Of a DNA stretch of 30,914 bases, positions 26,270 to 30,914 are shown piece after piece; the first letter of the stretch is position 1; each line of letters begins with the position of its first letter. A program made the translations under genes and the position numbers. Origin of the DNA: a virus (Duplodnaviria > Caudoviricetes). The notes beneath the pieces were generated by a model. It was not told where the DNA came from, made no database searches, and saw only the letters and a program-made list of their open reading frames with translations. The DNA is taken from the IMG/VR virus record IMGVR_UViG_3300028402_000011, positions 1 to 30,914 of that record. One strand, 5' to 3'.

Positions 26270-26695
26270 TTAGACCACAAGTGGAGTTTGTGTATAAAAA
26301 TATTGTGCAGTATATATTACTTTTGTGCCGGCGAAATTAGTAGATGGATCTAAATTTGTATCGTTTATAGGATTTAGTATAACGTCTACATAACTATCAT
26401 TAACAGTAGCAGTTACTTCTATTATATCATTTCGTGTGTTGTTTCTTGCATATACAACAACACTAGCACGATCTCTTGATGCTGTGATTAATACTTTGAT
26501 AAGTTCTTTATTATTTGTATCAAAATCTGCACTTATAGTATATTCAACACTAGAAAACTCTCCTACATGCCATCTATCTAAAACAGTGTTAGCATAGACT
26601 TGTTTCCAGGGGCCATTATGACTAGTACCTGCATTATTCCTAAATAATAGTGTATTCTTCAAACCGTTCGCTAGATACTTTTTTAAATTCTGCAT
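26270..26695 (-). CDS. Hypothetical beta-rich protein, probably virion-associated
   Basis: 141-aa ORF with ATAAATA at 26720-26714 and SD AGGGG. Confidence 0.6.
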   Translation of the reverse strand: MQNLKKYLANGLKNTLLFRNNAGTSHNGPWKQVYANTVLDRWHVGEFSSVEYTISADFDTNNKELIKVLITASRDRASVVVYARNNTRNDIIEVTATVNDSYVDVILNPINDTNLDPSTNFAGTKVIYTAQYFYTQTPLVV

Positions 26696-26719
26696 AATAA
26701 CCCCTGTTTGTAATATTTA

Positions 26720-28510
26720 TTAGTTTTTTACTGTAATTAACTTATTGTATTCGGGCAAATACAAGTATTCAATATCACAATTAACAAGTGTACGAATAGC
26801 ATCGTCCAGTGTTTCAACTAACGGCTCGCCGCCTAGATTAAAACTTGTATTAAAGATAATCGGACAACCTGTTGCATCTTTAAACGCTTTGATGATATCA
26901 TAGTAGTGAGGATTCTGTTCTCTATTAACAGTCTGAATACGGCAAGTTCCGTCAATGTGAATAATAGCAGGAATCTTCTCTTCGATACCAGGCTGACAGT
27001 TTACAGCATACATCATGGTAGGTGAACTAGACATACCTCGTAGATCAAACCATTCGTGTACATCTTCTTCAAGAATTGATCCAGCAAATGGACGGAAGTA
27101 TTCACGATGCTTAACTGAGTTAACAAAGTCTTTACCGTTAGGATCTGTTGGGTCATACATAATACTTCTATTGCCTAACGCTCTGGGCCCGTTTTCTGAA
27201 CGTCCTTGAAATAGTGTAACAATATTTCTATCGGTCATCAATTTAATGATATTGTCTTTTGTTACATCAGTTATTTCTGCGTTATATTTTTTAACAGTTT
27301 CTGCAATTTTCTCTTCGGTATAAGTGTACATCGGACCTAAGTATACATCGTCTGCACGTTTTCTAATAGTAGTATCTCGAGTAACATTATGATAACAAAT
27401 ATACGCTGCGCCCATTGCAGTGCCTGCATCATTACTCACAGGTTCAACATAAATTTCTATACCTTCGTCTTTAAGCACCTTGAGATAATGATAATTAGCA
27501 ACACAGTTAAGTCCATAGCCGCCACTGATTACAACATTTTTACAGTCACTTAATACTACAGCGTGCTTAATTAAATCTACTACTGCTGATTGAGTTTCTG
27601 TTTGTACTGCGTATGCAAGATCTCTTCTATTTTGAAGTAATGTAAGATCTTCACTATTATGGTCATTTAAAAAATTATACATATTAGCATTAATTACTGC
27701 TCCATTAGGGTATCTAGGAACAGTTAAATTTCTGTTAGTTGTCGGAACCGACAAATCATTATTATCTATAATACTTGGAAATTTATCATTGGGAGATCCA
27801 TATGGAAATAATCCCATAGTTTTTCCTGCTTCGATACTGCTCCACCCACAATATTCAGTAACAGCCTCGTAAGACTTAACTAACCCAGCGCGGTCAGTTA
27901 ACAACACATTAAACATTGCCCCAGGCTCCCAATGGCCGCCGTCAAAGTCTGTCATATATGACCCGACTAACATATTTCGAGTGCCTAATGTTTTATGTAG
28001 TGTCTGGATATTATCAGGATAAGAACATTTATATATACTTTCAGTTTCCCACGCAGTTATTTGCTCTCCATCGACCATTAAAGGAAAAAATGTTCCGGCG
28101 CCATCTACAATAACTGCAACAGCTTCTTCAAATCCACTTCTATAAAATGCAAGACCTGCGTGCATTTTGTGATGAAACATTGCCATATCTAATACTTGCG
28201 GATGAGGATCCGGTGAGTAATGTTCTTTAATTAATCCTAGTTTTCTAGCCAATCCAGAATATACATCTTCACCTGAATAATCTAGCTTTCCGGCAGTGTC
28301 TAGTGTAGTAGTGTGTGAAATAGCAAGATAGTCTAATCTATCTGTGTATTCTAATATTTTAAGCATACTAGCAAGGGGGCCGCCATCGTATTTTCGACGA
28401 GTTAGTCGCTCTTCTTCTATGCTAAAAACAATTTCGCCGTCTTTCATTAAGCATACACCTGCGTTGTGTCCTCGTGCAATTCCTGCAATCCATAGCGGTG
28501 CTTTTTTCAT
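26720..28510 (-). CDS. O-carbamoyltransferase, NodU/CmcH/TobZ family
   Basis: GHNAG, EEERLTRRK, HHKMHA, DGAG, GKTMGL, SGGYGLNCVAN, NDAGTAMGAA, ENGPRALGNRS, HREYFRPFA, DGTCRIQTV, NTSFN. Confidence 0.95.
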   Translation of the reverse strand: MKKAPLWIAGIARGHNAGVCLMKDGEIVFSIEEERLTRRKYDGGPLASMLKILEYTDRLDYLAISHTTTLDTAGKLDYSGEDVYSGLARKLGLIKEHYSPDPHPQVLDMAMFHHKMHAGLAFYRSGFEEAVAVIVDGAGTFFPLMVDGEQITAWETESIYKCSYPDNIQTLHKTLGTRNMLVGSYMTDFDGGHWEPGAMFNVLLTDRAGLVKSYEAVTEYCGWSSIEAGKTMGLFPYGSPNDKFPSIIDNNDLSVPTTNRNLTVPRYPNGAVINANMYNFLNDHNSEDLTLLQNRRDLAYAVQTETQSAVVDLIKHAVVLSDCKNVVISGGYGLNCVANYHYLKVLKDEGIEIYVEPVSNDAGTAMGAAYICYHNVTRDTTIRKRADDVYLGPMYTYTEEKIAETVKKYNAEITDVTKDNIIKLMTDRNIVTLFQGRSENGPRALGNRSIMYDPTDPNGKDFVNSVKHREYFRPFAGSILEEDVHEWFDLRGMSSSPTMMYAVNCQPGIEEKIPAIIHIDGTCRIQTVNREQNPHYYDIIKAFKDATGCPIIFNTSFNLGGEPLVETLDDAIRTLVNCDIEYLYLPEYNKLITVKN

Positions 28511-28565
28511 ATTAATATCCTCTATATTCTTTGTTAAAATTTTCTATTTCTAGACATTTAAATTA

Positions 28566-29516
28566 TTATTTTTTTGCGTTAGTTTTGCTTAATGCTTTGT
28601 TTACAGATTCTACAATTACGTCTTCAATTTTATCATTCATGGCCATCACACCTTCGTTAACTCTGTCTGCATATTCGTCTTGTGTAATTCTTATAGGACT
28701 ATAAATTCTTGCACCTTCCCCCATATCTAAAATATCAAATGATGGTTCATTAGGATAAGACACATTTTCTTTAAATGTACTGCCAACTACAATAGTTGCA
28801 GTTTTATTAAATGCATATGCTAAATGTTGTCCTACACTATCGCAACCTAAAAAATGATCAGAAAGAGTAATTATTGCCGACCAGGTTCTAAGTGAAATTC
28901 CTTGTGGAATAGCAACTGGACTAGTCACTCCGTGTTTTTGAAACTCAATTGCAATTTCTCCCATAAAGATTACAGCATAGTCTTTACTTAATTTTTTTAC
29001 TATATTAACAACATTTTCAGGTTCAAAACTTCTACCGCTAAAATCAGAAATAATTCCGTTATCTTCAAACACACTTCTTCCAAATGGCTGAAAAACTATA
29101 ACTTTATTTTTTTTTGTTTTTTCTTTAACATCGATAATAACTTGCTGAGCCTGTATTAGCTCCTGTTTGCTTAATTTTATAGTTGGTTTAGGAAGTGGTC
29201 TAACACCTTTGTTATTAATCGCAATATCGTAAGCTTCGGTTAAACTTGCTTTTTGATTATAATATTCCCAGACTCTATATGGTTCTGGACTTTCTAATTG
29301 CATATCTTTTAGCTTATCTTCAAAAAGATTTTTATGCCAGACATCATATGCTTTTGCGTGCAATAGTGGATGACCTTTGTAGAAGTCAGTGCCGCCTTCG
29401 CACACAATTATAAAATTGTTTTCAGGATTTTCTTCTGCAAATTTCTCTAGTGCAGGTATTGAACAAACAACGCGGCCTGCGCCGCCATTAATAAAAAATG
29501 CTTTATTTTTAGACAT
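28566..29516 (-). CDS. GT-B glycosyltransferase, GT9 (heptosyltransferase)-like
   Basis: C-terminal LRTWSAIITLSDHFLGCDSVGQHLAYAFNKTATIVVGST matches the GT9 nucleotide-sugar motif (DSgxxHlAxA); N-terminal GGAGRVVCSIPAL; ATAAATA at 29560-29554. Confidence 0.75.
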   Translation of the reverse strand: MSKNKAFFINGGAGRVVCSIPALEKFAEENPENNFIIVCEGGTDFYKGHPLLHAKAYDVWHKNLFEDKLKDMQLESPEPYRVWEYYNQKASLTEAYDIAINNKGVRPLPKPTIKLSKQELIQAQQVIIDVKEKTKKNKVIVFQPFGRSVFEDNGIISDFSGRSFEPENVVNIVKKLSKDYAVIFMGEIAIEFQKHGVTSPVAIPQGISLRTWSAIITLSDHFLGCDSVGQHLAYAFNKTATIVVGSTFKENVSYPNEPSFDILDMGEGARIYSPIRITQDEYADRVNEGVMAMNDKIEDVIVESVNKALSKTNAKK

Positions 29517-29597
29517 ATTAATTATGATCCTATCAAGGTGTAATACTACTTGATATTTATTGGACCATAATTAATATAGAGTTAAAAGTGAATAATA

Positions 29598-30503
29598 TTA
29601 ACCCAGTGGTGGTTCTTGCGGAGTTATCTTCCACGGATCAACAGTTTTTACTTTGGTTAATGTAAATTCTGCTCCGGTGCCGGCAGCACTATTAGTAGTA
29701 TGATATACGTCAGTATAAGTTCCAGCAGCTGGGTGATAAGAATATGCATGTACAGTACTCTGTCTCGAAACTGTTAATATTGCTCCAGTATCTGCATCTA
29801 CTGTTTCTACCTTTAAAATAATATCATTTGCGGATGTACCATTTTTATAACACGGATCATTTATAAGAATTCTATCTCCGATTACAAAATTGGTACCACC
29901 TTGGGTAACAATAGCGTTCCATGCTGCTCCGAATGTAACTGGAAAATCTCTAAGATACTGCTTATATGCTACTACAGTATTATATAACTCTGCTGGAAGG
30001 TCTTCCGACAGTTTATGATCGTATGCAGCTAAAGAGATATTTCTTGTGTGGATCCTGTCTTGCCAAGTGACGTAAGGCTGTTTCCAAGGAAACGGCTTTT
30101 GAAAAGTTTGAGACTGTTTATTATATACAATTCCAGTTACTTCGTATGTGTGGTCAGGCATTGCAGGATCATCTCTAACATACGGAGTTTCGCATCCAGG
30201 AATATCTTCAGAAATATTAGGATATAAATCCTCATTAATTCCTTTGTCAATTAATGAACAAATTAATGGATTTGTATTACAATCTACTTCTATTGCGTAC
30301 ATTTCATCATTGGTATCATTAAATGTTTCGTACTGCTGTTCATCAATAATACTTCCGGTAAGTTTATTTGTAGACGAATCTATTATCAAATACTGTTTTG
30401 CAGGACCTTGATATGTTACAGTGCCTGTTTTTTTTAATTCAGCAGTCTGATAATATTGATCATCAGCTATATTATATGTAAATTCTTTACTTATATTTTG
30501 CAT
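29598..30503 (-). CDS. Tail fibre assembly chaperone-like protein with an extra beta-repeat module
   Basis: WQDRIHTRNISLAAYD...YKQYLRDFP resembles the WxxIRxxRNxxL...YRQxLRDLP chaperone motif; lies downstream of a fibre-like gene. Confidence 0.65.
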   Translation of the reverse strand: MQNISKEFTYNIADDQYYQTAELKKTGTVTYQGPAKQYLIIDSSTNKLTGSIIDEQQYETFNDTNDEMYAIEVDCNTNPLICSLIDKGINEDLYPNISEDIPGCETPYVRDDPAMPDHTYEVTGIVYNKQSQTFQKPFPWKQPYVTWQDRIHTRNISLAAYDHKLSEDLPAELYNTVVAYKQYLRDFPVTFGAAWNAIVTQGGTNFVIGDRILINDPCYKNGTSANDIILKVETVDADTGAILTVSRQSTVHAYSYHPAAGTYTDVYHTTNSAAGTGAEFTLTKVKTVDPWKITPQEPPLG

Positions 30504-30518
30504 AATTTTTACCTTGTA

Positions 30519-30914
30519 TTAATAATAGACTACGTACACTAAGCCGCCGCCACCTGGGCCGCCGCAGCAACACGCGCCGCCGTGGTTCTGCGCACTGTGT
30601 CCGCCGCCACCTGGAAAGTTACCGAATGCAATACTACCGCCTGAGGCAAAACATCCGCTACCGCCCATTTTCATGCCGCCGCCAGTCATCGGAGCATTTG
30701 CTGCTAATTGGTATCCTAGATTGAAACAATATTGTGTCGGGGCAGCCGTCCCTTGTGTTCCACCTATACCAAAATCTATATTTGTAGATTGGCCACCGCA
30801 ACAGAAACACTGTGAACAACATCCGTAACAGCCTTGGAAATAATTACATCTTGTTGTTACACTGGGTGCAGAGCCTCCACATACTTTTGACTCCCAAGTT
30901 GATTGGCCGCCGCC
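30519..30914 (-). CDS. C-terminal part of a Gly/Cys-rich fibre-tip-like protein (partial, not in ORF track)
   Basis: Open from the window edge: GGGQSTWESKVCGG...CYGCCSQCFCCGG...FPGGGGHSAQNHGGACCCGGPGGGGLVYVVYY*, stop at 30521-30519. Confidence 0.8.
   Translation of the reverse strand, partial: GGGQSTWESKVCGGSAPSVTTRCNYFQGCYGCCSQCFCCGGQSTNIDFGIGGTQGTAAPTQYCFNLGYQLAANAPMTGGGMKMGGSGCFASGGSIAFGNFPGGGGHSAQNHGGACCCGGPGGGGLVYVVYY

Noticed and set aside
1125-30411. Short antisense or nested ORFs in the track (e.g. 1125-1481, 2209-2532, 11327-11656, 24617-24976, 30148-30411)
   Set aside because: They shadow well-supported genes and lack motifs or expression signals.
1-30914. CRISPR arrays, tRNAs, rRNA, or diversity-generating retroelement repeats
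   Set aside because: None seen. Intergenic gaps are short, repeats are only degenerate at protein level, and there is no reverse transcriptase in the window.

Overview
This window is the virion-morphogenesis region of a large, distantly T4-related myovirus. It encodes terminase subunits, a gp4-like head-completion nuclease, tail tube and a 1115-aa sheath, gp13/gp14/gp15-like neck proteins, and fibre/structural proteins, with T4-type late promoters (ATAAATA) and C(UUCG)G terminators. Two features stand out. (1) The large terminase gene is fractured at Walker B by an atypically split intein. A 39-aa IntN ends one gene and a 112-aa IntC starts a second gene that the ORF track missed, with a free-standing putative HNH-like endonuclease between them. 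The IntC ends in His-Gln rather than His-Asn. (2) There is an ADP-heptose operon (hldE, hldD, cupin, gmhB; no gmhA in the window) under a perfect sigma70 promoter. On the other side of a 2016-aa Thr/Ser/Gly-rich virion protein lie a GT9-like glycosyltransferase and a NodU/CmcH carbamoyltransferase. Together these form a candidate phage heptosylation/carbamoylation system. Several genes also appear to use leaderless mRNAs. All calls come from motif recognition by eye; no searches were run.
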